64,000 nt of DNA from Azolla caroliniana. Taxonomy: Eukaryota; Plantae; Polypodiophyta. The stretch is taken from the NCBI GenBank assembly GCA_043228905.1, contig JBHGNT010000016.1:9052001-9116000 (forward strand). The letters run 5' to 3'. Under the pieces are notes generated by a model. The model did no database searches, was not told the origin of the DNA, and saw nothing but the letters and a program-made list of their open reading frames with translations. Position numbers and translations under genes: made by a program. Each line of letters opens with the position of its first letter. Positions within the stretch are counted from its first letter, which is position 1. Shown here in pieces: positions 13,797-25,125 of this stretch.

Positions 13797-14546
13797 CTCC
13801 CCCTCAAGCTCAACCTGAGGTAGGGTAATAGTGTCAACCTCTATGGCAATCGGTTCCTCCAACCGACCTCTCCTGGCGTCGCTTCGCCTTGCTCGCGCTC
13901 CTTGTCCAGTCTGGTCCCGTTTGCCGCGACCCCTTTGGTTCTGCGCGCCTCGACCTCCGGCATGTCTGATCAATAGGCCCATCTCAGCTCCTTCACTGCT
14001 ATGACTCCGGCGCTTGCCGATCCGTCGCTTCCTCCGCGATGGCATCGACTTCCACTACGTCTGTGTCTCCTTGGCCTCTCGTTGATCCGACTCATCCGGA
14101 TCCGTCTGTTGATCCGAATCGGCTGTCTCCGACTCGTTCCAGCTCTTGTTCGAATCGGTATCCTTCGATTCGATTTTCGGCTTCAGGCCTCTCACCACAT
14201 CGAACCACATCCGGGTCTTGGCCTTCTCCTTGCTTCCCTTGGCTTCTTTAGCCGGTTCACCAAAGTCGAATTCTTCATTCGACTCCGCATCATGGTCATT
14301 ACGATCGTGATGACCTCCGCATAGCATGCACTTCTCTTCCTGAGTGTACACTTCTTCTTCACAGCCGCTCACTCCGACCTCTTTGGATGTGCCGACTTCC
14401 TTCGTCGACTCGGCTTCATTTTTCTTCTTGTCTCCACCTCTACCGGTTCTTCTCTTACCTACGGGTTCAACAGTTTTTTTGCCTTTGCCCGTTTCGGTAG
14501 TGTCTTTGCCCTTGCGTCTCCCCCTCAAGTGCGGCATGTCGAGATG
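13791..14546 (-). pseudogene. In-frame C-terminal extension of copia B Pol (~250 codons, charged, with CMLCGGHH motif)
   Basis: ORFs 14547-14744, 14055-14537 and 13791-14045 are all in one frame, separated only by single TAG codons. Confidence 0.6.
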
Positions 14547-17500
14547 CTAAACACCAAGTATTTCGCTAAAGTGTTGCAACTTGTCCGATCCGAGCGGCTT
14601 GGTGAAGATGTCGGCAACTATCCGATCCGTGTGAACATACCGTAGTTCAACTTCACCGCTCAGGACCCGCTCACGCACGAAGTGATAATGCACTTCTATC
14701 TGCTTTGTGCGAGCATGGAACACAGGGTTCTTGGCGAGCTGCATGTTGCTAAGGTTATCACAGTAGATCAGGATCGGGATCGGTACCTCGATCCGCAGGT
14801 CTTGCAGTAGTCGTCGAAACAGGTGGCAACGGTCACGCCCCGGTATTCAGCCTCAGTGCTGGATAGAGCCACTGTTGGCTGCTTTTTGCTACTCCACGCA
14901 ACAGCTGCGCTCCCAAGAGAAAACATAAAGCCGGAAGTTGAGCGACGATCCGTTGCATCGCCAGCCCAGTCGGCATCCGTGTAGCCGACCAGCTCTTCGG
15001 TTATACCTTACCGGTATAAGAGCCCCCGGTCCTTAGTGCCGCTTACATACCTTAGTATTCGTTGCGCGCACTGAAGGTGCTCCACGGTCGGCTTCTGAAT
15101 GAATTGTCTTACCACTCTGACCGGATAGCTAATGTCGGGTCGGGTGATGGTCAAGTAGATCAGGCTTTCGACTATTTGTCGGAACCGTTTCTCATCGCAG
15201 GCTGGTCCGGAGTTGGGACGGATCTTCTGATTCCGGTCCAGGGGTGCGGATCACCTCGATCCCCAAAAAATAATGAAGGTCCCCCAAGTCCTTCATATCG
15301 AATGCGTCCGACAACTGGGACTTGACGCGGTTGATTTCCGGAAGACCTGGGCCAGTGATGATTAAATCATCAACATAGAGTAAGATACATACTGGACCGT
15401 TTGAGCCTTGATGGATGAACAGGGAAGAGTCCGACTTAGAGGCAACAAACCCCATCTTTTGCAACCGGTGCGTGATCTTAGCATTCCAAGCACGGGGGGC
15501 TTGCTTCAAGCCGTACAATGACTTCCTCAGCCGGCATACCGTGACTTGTTCACCTCTGACTGAAATCCGGGGGGCTGACTCATAAAGACTTCTTCTTCAA
15601 GATCTCCTTGAAGGAAGGCATTCTTCACATCCATCTAATGAAGATGCCGCCAGTACCACACGAACCGTCTTCATCTTCGCTACAGGAGCGAAGGTCTCGT
15701 CGTAGTCGATTGCATGGGTCTGCACATTTCCCTTCGCCACTAACCAGGCCTTGTACCGGTTAACTGTATCGTCGGCATTGTACTTTATCTTGTACACCCA
15801 CTTGCACCCGATCGGTTTACAGTGACCGGGAGGGTCAACCAGGTCCCAAGTTCCGTTGGCATCCAGTGCCCGCATTTCTTCCTCCATAGCGGCACGCCAA
15901 TTTGCGTCCTTTGCCGCTTCTGCGTAGCTCTCCGGCTCACGCACTTCCGCGACCTTGGTCATGTACGCATAATGATGCGCCATGTACTCGTTATACCCGT
16001 ACCGTTTAACGGAATCCTTCTAGCGGGTGGACTGGCGTAACTCACCGTTACCCGATATGAGACCCTTCTTGGCCGGTTCGGTCTTCGTTCCCGAAGATCT
16101 GCCTCTGTCCTTGCCGAAGTCAGATACACACCGATACGACTCATCATTACCAGTCTCGAATTCCAGCATCTTCTGCTTCCCTTTCTCTTTGCGTGTGAAC
16201 CGTCTCCTTGGTTACTTACGTGGGGAGAGCACGACAGAGTCTCCACTACTCGCCGTCTCATCATCCGATTGGTTGGACTGATCCAGTCTCTCATTCGGTG
16301 CGCTTAACCGGAACGATTCCGGACTCTCATCTTGAGTCCCGGCTTCATCTTTCTCTACCTGGGCCGACATCGGGTCGGGATCGGAAGTCGGAGTCGGTAA
16401 GGAATACCACGATGCCGATTCATCAACCTCGACATCTCGGCTGACTCGGACTTGCTTCGTCCGGGGGTTATAACACTTATACCCCTTTTGCTCTTGAGCA
16501 TAGCCGAGTAGGATGCATTTTTCCGATTTTGCATCCAGCTTTCTCCGCTTCTCATCCGGCACATGTACATTGGCTATGCTGCTGAATATCCGGAGGTGTC
16601 TCAAATTCGGCTTGCGCCCGAAATACAGCTCGTGAGTTGACACCTTGTCCCCGATCCGGTTCTGGATGTAAACACCCTTTAGACCGCCTCCGCCCAGTAG
16701 AACTTGGGCATGCTTTTTTCCTCCAACATTGCCCTAGCCGCGTCAATCAGCGACCGATTCTTCCTTTCGGCCACACCATTCTGTTGCGATGTGTATCTAC
16801 AGCTGAATTCTCGCTGAATTCCTTTTTGTTGCAGATAGTTGTTGAATTGGCCGGAAAAGTACTCTTTTCCGCCATCCGATCGTAGGCATTTGATCTTCCT
16901 CTCCGATTCCCGCTCCACCATCTTCTGGAGGCTCCGGAAACACTTGAAGACTTCGCTCTTCCGCTAAATGAGGTAGATCCACGTATGCCGCGTGTAGTCG
17001 TCGATGAAGGAGACGAAATATGGACTCTCGCCAATGCTAACATTTTGTGCTGGTCCCCACACATCCGAATGGATAAGATCAAGCTTGTTACGGCTTCGAT
17101 TTCTTTCGGTGGGGAATGGAAGCCGGTGTTGCTTCCCGAGTTGGCAGGCTTCACAAATCTGGGCTCTCCGGCCGCTAAACTTCGGCAAACCGAAAACGAC
17201 TTGTTCCGTTTGCAGGTCTTGAAGCCTCTGATAGTTGATGTGGCCGATCCGCTTGTGCCATAGGTCGATATCCGACTCGACCTTCTGTCCTTTGGCGAAC
17301 AGTTCGGTGCCGGCATCATTGGTGTTGAGGATAAACATCCTCCCATCTCTGCGCCCTTGCGCAATAACTTCGCCCTCATCCTCAATGAAGCACCTGAGTT
17401 GCGTAAACCGCACCTGCATCCCCTGGTCGACGATCTGTCCGACCGACACCAGGTTCTTTGTGATCGTCAGAACATGTAATACATTCATCAGCTTCCCCCT

Positions 17501-18732
17501 TAGTCCGACGTGACTCAAAGGGACTTCTCCGATGTGCACGATCAGCTGGGGAGTGTCGTCTCTTATTTTGACAACTTCCGGTTGATCTGGCTTCTCCAAA
17601 AAGGAGAACCACTCCCCGTGGCTCGTAATGTGGTTCGATGCGCCGGAATCAACGTACCACACTTCCTTCGATTTGGAAGTGGTCTTCGTCATTGAGTTTG
17701 CTTTGTGCTTCATCACCAAGGCTGGCCCCTTACCGTTCTTGGATCCTCCCAATCCGTTTGTGTAGTGCGAGTTTTGCCGGCTTTCCTTACCGGTCTTATC
17801 GGATCAGGATTTGTCCGAATCGGCACGCTTTCTCCAGCACTCGCTTTCCCTGTGGCCCTTTTTTGCCATAGTACCAGCATTCCATAGCAGAATTGTCTTG
17901 CCGGCCTCCAACACCACCTTGACTCCCCCTACTTGTGGAAGTCCCGGAACTGTTGTCGGCACGCTCACTGTGCCTTTGTTCCTGCTCTTGTCGGCCGCCT
18001 CCATTGCGTGCCGACCTGCCTCGTCCACCATGGCCCCAAGACCGATCCGCTCCCGTGTACAGCAGCCCGTTGTCTGGGGATGCACTGGTAGATGCACTGG
18101 CGTGGTTCTTCTCTACAAGGAGCATCGACTGTAAGTTGAAAAATGAGGGCGTATTCTCCCTTGTACAAACCGCAGTCCAGAAAGCTCCGAACTTGGACAC
18201 CAGGCCTCCAAGACAAACCTGCACCATCTCGTCTTCCTCTACGGTGACGTTAATAGAGGCAAGCGAGTCTTAGATCCCTTTGATCCGGTCTGTGTAATCT
18301 GCCACTGACATGTTCTTCTATCGAACATTGCTCAACTCCTGTCTTAGTTGCAGCTTCCGGGCAGTGGTGCTTGCGGCGAAGACCTTTTTCAAGTTTCCCC
18401 AAACATTCTTCGGTGTCTTGGCATCATGGATATGGCTAAGCAGCTGGTCACCAACACTGGACGCGAAGCAGTACATCACCCTCCTTGCCGCTTGTTCCCA
18501 CACTGGGAAGTCCTTGTGTGTCGTCTCCGGTGCTGAGTCGTTCACTCCGTCGACATAACTCCAGTAGCCATGCCCAAGCAGGTACTGGTGCATCTTGTAT
18601 GACCAAGATGCGTAGTTGGTTCTGTCGAGCTTCTCCACCGGGAGCGACGTAGCCATACCTCTATCCATTTCTCCTTTTTGTGTCTGTTTTCTGATCTGTT
18701 AGGGTTTCCTTCACAAGCGTAAATGTCTGCAA

Positions 18733-19371
18733 TGACAGGAACTACTCGCTCCAATGAACAACGCTCGACCAAAACCGAGCCTAGCATAAAACACAAAAAA
18801 CAGGCCCGAATGAAAGCACAACGCGATAGAGAGAAAAGTACACAGGATGTTTACGTGGAAAACCCAAACTCGGGAAAAACCATGGTAGCCCACAGACCGC
18901 AAACTATCACTATATCATAATGTACAATAAGAAAGCCCCGAGGCCACGACCTCGAGCTTGCTATCTTTGCCACAGGCGGCGGTTACAATCAGAGGCAACG
19001 ACCTCTTCCTCTCTCTCACTCTCTCTATACACAGTTGCGCGCTCTAATCTTGCGCCAACAAGAATGACAACAACACACTCAAAAGTTTGCCCTAAGTCAT
19101 ATTTATACTAATATGACTTTTCGGCTATTTACAGATATAGCCACGATGGACTCTCAGAAACATATTTACGAATATGTCTCTTCATCCGGTGAGCACTCCT
19201 CACCGGGCCTGCATCATCCGGCGCTTGCCAGGTACTCGTCATCCGGTTCTCACCGGGGTCATCCGTAGCCAGGTTCTCACCGGGTCTGCACCATCCGGCC
19301 CTCCATAGCCGGGTACTCTTCATCCGGTTCTCACCGGCTCTGCACCATCCGGAGGGACCTATTTCCTAACA
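18733..19371 (-). repeat. 3' LTR of copia C
   Basis: TGACAGGAAC...CCTAACA on the + strand; repeat of 22285-22881 with CCGG-rich subrepeats. Confidence 0.93.
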
Positions 19372-22269
19372 AACTCCCCCTTCACTCCGGCATGGGATGT
19401 CTTACTAGTCTGATCCGCTTCCGGCATGCATCCAGCTTGTCAGGTATCAGTACTTTGGTCAGCATATTTGACCCGTTCTCGACCATGTGGATCTTCGTCA
19501 GCGCGAACTCCTAGTCATCTACTCTTTCCCGGATCCAGTGATACCTTCGCTGGATATGCTTCGTCCGGGAATGGTAGGCCGCATTCTGAGCAAGGTGGAT
19601 GGCACTTTGACTGTCGCAATAGAGCCGGTATTCATCTTGCCGGATACCGAGCTCTCCGATGAAGTCCTTCATCCATAATATTTCCTTGCCGGCTTCCACA
19701 GCCACCATGTACTCCGCCTCCGTGGTTGACAACGCAACCGTCTTCTGCAGCCTCGACTTCCACGAAACAGCTTCCCCTGCATATGTCATTACATACCCGG
19801 ATGTAGACCGGTTGGTATCCACATCAGCCGACATGTCTAAATCGGTAAAACCGTCAAGCTGACGTTTTCCGGAGCCGAATCGGAGACACATATTCGAAGT
19901 GCCCTTCAAGTACTGGAGTATCCATTTGACCGCGTTCCAGTGCTCCTTGCCGGGATTGCTCATAAACCGGCTCAACACTCCGACTGCGTATCCTATATCC
20001 GGTCGGGTACACACCATTGTGTACATTAAGCTTCCGACGGCAGAGGCATATGGAACCTTCATCATATCAGCCTTCTCTACTTTCGTCTTCGGGCTTTGCG
20101 TACCGGATAACCTGCAGTTTGCCAGAAGTGTCGATCCGACCGGTTTCGCTTCTAACATGTTGAACCGCTGAAGCACCTTTGTCACGTATTTCTCCTGTGA
20201 CAGCCACAGTTGCTTCGTTGGCCGGTTCCGGATGATATGCATCCCCAGCATCTGTCTTGCCGGACCCAAGTCTTTCATCGCGAAGGTTCGGTTGAGAGCC
20301 TTCTTCAGCATCCATATTTTGGCTTGGTCCCGTCCGATGATCAACATGTCGTCCACGTACCGAAGGAGTATTAGGAAGTCGCCTCCTTCGAACTTCTTCA
20401 CAAACACGCAGTGATCGGCCTGCATCTTTTGGTACCCTTGATCGGTCATAAAGGAGTCGAACTTCCGGTACCATTGTCAGGGAGCCTGCTTCAGTCCGTA
20501 CAGGCTCTTCTTCAACCGGCATACCAGGTGCTCCTTCCCCTTCTCCATGAATCCTTCTGGTTGCTGCATGTAGATCTCCTCTTCGAGGTCACCGTGAAGG
20601 AATGTCGTCTTCACGTCTAGCTGCTCTACCTCGAGGTCCATGCTTGCCGTTATACTCAGCACCATCCGGATGGAGGTCATCTTTACTACCGGGGCAAATA
20701 TCTCGTCGAAGTCCACACCCTTCTTCTGCTGGAACCCCTTTACCACGATCCTGGCTTTGTATCTCGGGGGGTTGCCGGCATCTCCCAGTTTCAACTATAC
20801 ACCCACTTCTTTCGGAGTGCCCTCTTTCCTTTTGGAAACTCCACCAGTTCATACGTATGGTTCTCATGCAGGGAATCCATCTCATCCTGCATGGCACTTA
20901 ACCATTTGCGGCTATGGGCGTCACTTTTAGCTTCCTCGAAGCTTTTTGGCTCCCCTTCATCGGTCAACAGCACATGCTCTGCATCCGGAAATCTCTGGGG
21001 GGGCCTTCTCTCTCTGAGAGGATATCTCCGTCTTTGGGCTTCGGTAACCGACTCCTCTATTTTCTCTTCATCCGAATCCGATTCGGGTTCTCGGTCAATT
21101 CCGGTTTCAGCTTCCTCTACTTCTTCTTCTATCGGTTCGGTATCCTCACCGTAACCGGATGGTTCCTCGAGTGCTAACCGGTCTCTTGCCGGTTGGGCCT
21201 GCTCATCGTAGATTCGATCCTTACCGGTCGACTCGGAGTTCATTATCTTCTTCTCCGACTCCCAGTCGGCGAGCATCTTGTCCTCCATGAAGATAATATC
21301 TTGACTCCGGAATACCTTCTTGTCAACCAGTTCCCACACTCGGTAGCCGAACTCATCGTCGTCGTAACCGAGGAATATGCATGGTCGGGTCTTCGGATCT
21401 AGTTTTCCTCTCCGGTCCTTAGCTACATGCACATACGCAAGACACCCGAATACCTTCAGATGGCAGTAGGACACTTCCTTACCGGTCCAGACTCTCTGTG
21501 GCGTGTCTCTGTCCAAGGGTACTGAGGGTGATCTGTTTATCACATATGTCGTCGTCGACAGTGCCTCAGCCCAAAACTTCTTGGGTATTTTTGCATGCGC
21601 CAGCATACTCCGGACCTTCTCCATTATGGTCCGGTTCATCCTCTCGACCAGCCCGTTTAGTTTCGGCATCTTCGGCACGGTAAATTCGAGCCAGATTCCC
21701 TTCGAGCAACAGTACTCCTCGAACTGCCCCCGGTATTCACCTCCGTTATCTGCTCGAACCGCCTTTAGCTTCCGGCGGTTTCTCTTTCCACTCTCGCGTG
21801 GAGCTCTTTGAAGACGGATAGCACCTGATCCTTCCTCTTCAATGATGTGGCCCACAGCTTCCGGTTGTGGTCATCTATGAACGTCACGAAGTACTGCGAT
21901 CCTGCATGTGACTTCGTGTCCACTTGGCACACATCAGTATGCACCAACTCCAGTGGTGCATTACGTCTCATTTTTGTTTTGAAACATAATGCTGATTTTC
22001 TCCCAGAGCTCATGAGCCTTGCTCTCTTCATTGAAGTTGTTGTATAGGCTCATGTTGATGAAGCACCGTATGTAAGCCGTTGTCTTCATGTGCATCACCT
22101 CCCATATCGTGGCGTCGATTTTGTCTGATCTCTTGTCCCCAAACTGAACCAGCAACCAAATATCTTTAACCACGAGCATGTCCCTCATCTTCGACTTCCA
22201 CACCGAATAGTTGGAGCCAGTGAGCTTGAACACACCTCCCAACGAATCGTCCATTTTCTGTGTCGTTTC

Positions 22270-22281
22270 GCTCTGATACCA
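22270..22281 (-). promoter_or_regulatory. Primer-binding site (tRNA-iMet) of copia C
   Basis: GCTCTGATACCA on + is TGGTATCAGAGC on minus, 3 nt from the LTR. Confidence 0.95.
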
Positions 22282-22284
22282 CTT

Positions 22285-22881
22285 TGACAGGAACTACTCG
22301 CTTTGATGAACAATGCTCGGCCACAACCGAACCTAGCATAAAACACAGAAAACAGGGAATGAAAGCACAATGCGATAGAGAGAAAAGTACACAGGATGTT
22401 TATGTGGAAAACCCAAACTCGGGAAAAACCACGGCAGCCCACAGACCGCAAACTATCACTATATCAGAATGTACAATAAGAAAGCCCCGAGGCCACGACC
22501 TCGAGCTTGCTATCTTCGCCACAGGCGGCGGTTACAATCAGAGGCAACGACCTCTTCCTCTCTCTCACTCTCTCTGTACACAGTTGCGCGCTCTAATCTT
22601 GCGCCAACAAGAATGACAACAACACACTCAAAAGTTTGCCCTAAGTCATATTTATACTAATATGACTTTTCGGCTATTTACAAATATAGCCACGATGGAC
22701 TCTCAGAAACATATTTTACGAATATGTCTCTTCATCCGGTGAGCACTCCTCACCGGGCCTGCATCATCCGGCGCTTGCTGGGTACTCGTCATCCGGTTCT
22801 CACCAGGGTCATCCGTAGTCGGGCACTCTTCATCCGGTTCTCACCGGGTCTGCACCATCCGGAGGGACCTGTTTCCTAACA
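22285..22881 (-). repeat. 5' LTR of copia C
   Basis: Copy of 18733-19371 with more than 15 substitutions and a ~40-bp deletion. Confidence 0.93.
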
Positions 22882-23273
22882 TCTAAAATGACATCTGCGG
22901 ATTGTAGTTTCATAACATGAAAGTCAAGCTTCTCCAAATAGGTACCTATTTGAATTGGCAGTTGACAAACAATGCCACTGATGTATTGAACACTTCCATT
23001 TGCCATGTGAACTTGATAGATATGATCACTTGCGTTTATGTGGAGTTCCATTTACTGCACAAAGTGATTATTAAGAAAATTGTGAGAACTACCGGAATCA
23101 AACAAGAAATGTGATTGTGTTCCATTGATATACCCGACTGCTCGAAGTAAATCATTAGGTCCAAGTAAATGTGAAGGAAAAGTGCATTCACATGAACTTA
23201 AGTGGTTGGTATGAACTTCAACAACATCAAAAGACTCACTTGTGTGACTCGTAGATTTGTCTTGAGGAGGGGT
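22882..23273 (-). pseudogene. Chromovirus copy 1: protease portion (5'-truncated)
   Basis: Matches 62143-62534 ([10 protein letters not shown] protease). Confidence 0.9.
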
Positions 23274-25125
23274 TTGGAGAGTAGTCCACCTAAAATGTGT
23301 GAGATCACTTGTTTGTTTCCCCCTTTTTGTGAACGTGGGCACACGTGAATGCACACTAACTTTTTATATTTCTCATGTATGTATGTTCATATATGAATAT
23401 ATTGCCTGCGTGAATGTGTGTGTTTAGTTGTTCTAGGATGAGGTGCATAAGATTCTAGAATTGGTTATTCAAAATTAGGGGACAATGTTCCCTCTTTTAA
23501 TATCCATTGGCAATCTATGGAAGCCTTGACATTGCCCGTATGGGTTGCTCCAACGATTGTCTATTCTACAGGATCCATGCAAATCTATTTCATTGGACTT
23601 CATTATAGATTTCTTGTCTTCCAAATGTTACAATACCAATTTTCTTTGAGAAAGTGCAGATGATGTTCTACCATTACGCCTTGAGATCAAAACGATCCCC
23701 TTATACCTTAATGGTGCTCCTATTGATGGAGATGGCATGTATATGACCATGGTGGCACCTAAAATGTCATCAATCATCTACACTATGCCAACCGATCTCT
23801 CGATTTAGGTCATCAAAGATAAAAAGATGTAAAAACCTATTCTCCCACATGGACAATATATTAAAACTACCTCCAAAAATGTGTACTGTAAACATTGAGC
23901 TCTAGCTTGTGAATATCCTAGAAACCAAGTTGGAAGTAGGAAAAAGTTAAAAAGAAATAATGACACTACCAAACCTTCACAAATCCAATAGACATTTGTA
24001 CTACACGCTCAACATTTGGATCCTTTATAATTAAATGAAAGATGAAGATAAGAAGGTAGAGGTTCCAACTTCACAATATCAAACTCTCTTGCAAAAGCTT
24101 AAATCCAAAGTTCTAAACCATAGAGAAATAACATTATGTACTTGTTTCTTGAAGATATCTTCAATCAATTAGAGCTCCCCCTTTCAAAACTCTTAAGGTT
24201 TTGGATTGGTCAGCACCCTTTCTCTTGATTCTTTATTTGTTTGGTTCAATCACAAAAGCCATCTACATATTACATGATTTCTCCTCGTAGGAAAAGCAAG
24301 CATTGGTTAAAAATAAAAGGTATTATATTACTCACGAGTCACATACATACGAAGCTAGTGTATTTTAGTAAGGCTACCAGAGTCTAAATCTAAACAATGG
24401 CATCCAAGGTCTAGAGTGTGAAATTACAGAAGCATAGAAGAGTTCATCGAATTTCTCAAATGTTACCCGACATTTAGCTTAATCTGAAAGGATATTAAGT
24501 GGACGCAAATGTGAAGCATTGTTTGGGAATGTGGGGGACAAATCTCAGGGATTTGGCCAAATAGATACAGAAGGAACAAGACAAAAAAGTATGGGCAGCC
24601 TCTATAGTCATTTTGGTTGGGAGTCTTTTATCCTCCCCTCCCTAACTATGCTCTTCTTTTCTTCTTAAAGATGTGTGAAATTAGTTATAGTTACTTTTTT
24701 GTACATATGTACATTCGCGCCTTTATATTGACAAGTGACACTCAGCTTTTTCTTGTTTTGTAAGAGATTTTTGTCATTTACTATTTGCAGTACTTTGCCA
24801 CTTTTCAAGCGACGGAATTGTCATTAGACAAAAGCTGAAAAACCTCTTCTTAAGGACTAATGAATGTAGTCAAGACACACCAAAAGTATGTATGTATTTT
24901 ATTTTACACAAGATCATCAAAAGACTTCTTACACAACAACCACTATGGCCTTAATCATCCTCGTTCGTTTGCTTTTAATCTTTTTGCAACAAGAAGAGGG
25001 CTCTGCTCTGGTGGTATCATGGAAGGGAGAACCAATCTTAATTAATTATATTGGAATGAGAACCATAAACAATGTTGGAAGCAAATGGGGGATCATAAAG
25101 ATATTGGAGTGTGCTATCTATCTAT

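Larger units (their letters stand above)
13424..18732 (-). mobile_element. Ty1/copia element B (degraded), lacking 5' LTR and PBS
   Basis: gag from 18668 (MDRGMATSLPVEKLDRTNY), protease WYVDSGAS, integrase LIHSDVWGP, RT LYVDD, RNase H NPVFHARTKQIEV, then PPT and 3' LTR. Confidence 0.92.
18733..22881 (-). mobile_element. Internally deleted Ty1/copia element C (related to copia A)
   Basis: LTRs 18733-19371 and 22285-22881; iMet PBS at 22270-22281; PPT at 19374-19388 identical to copia A's; gag start joined directly to integrase, then RT-RH. Confidence 0.93.
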
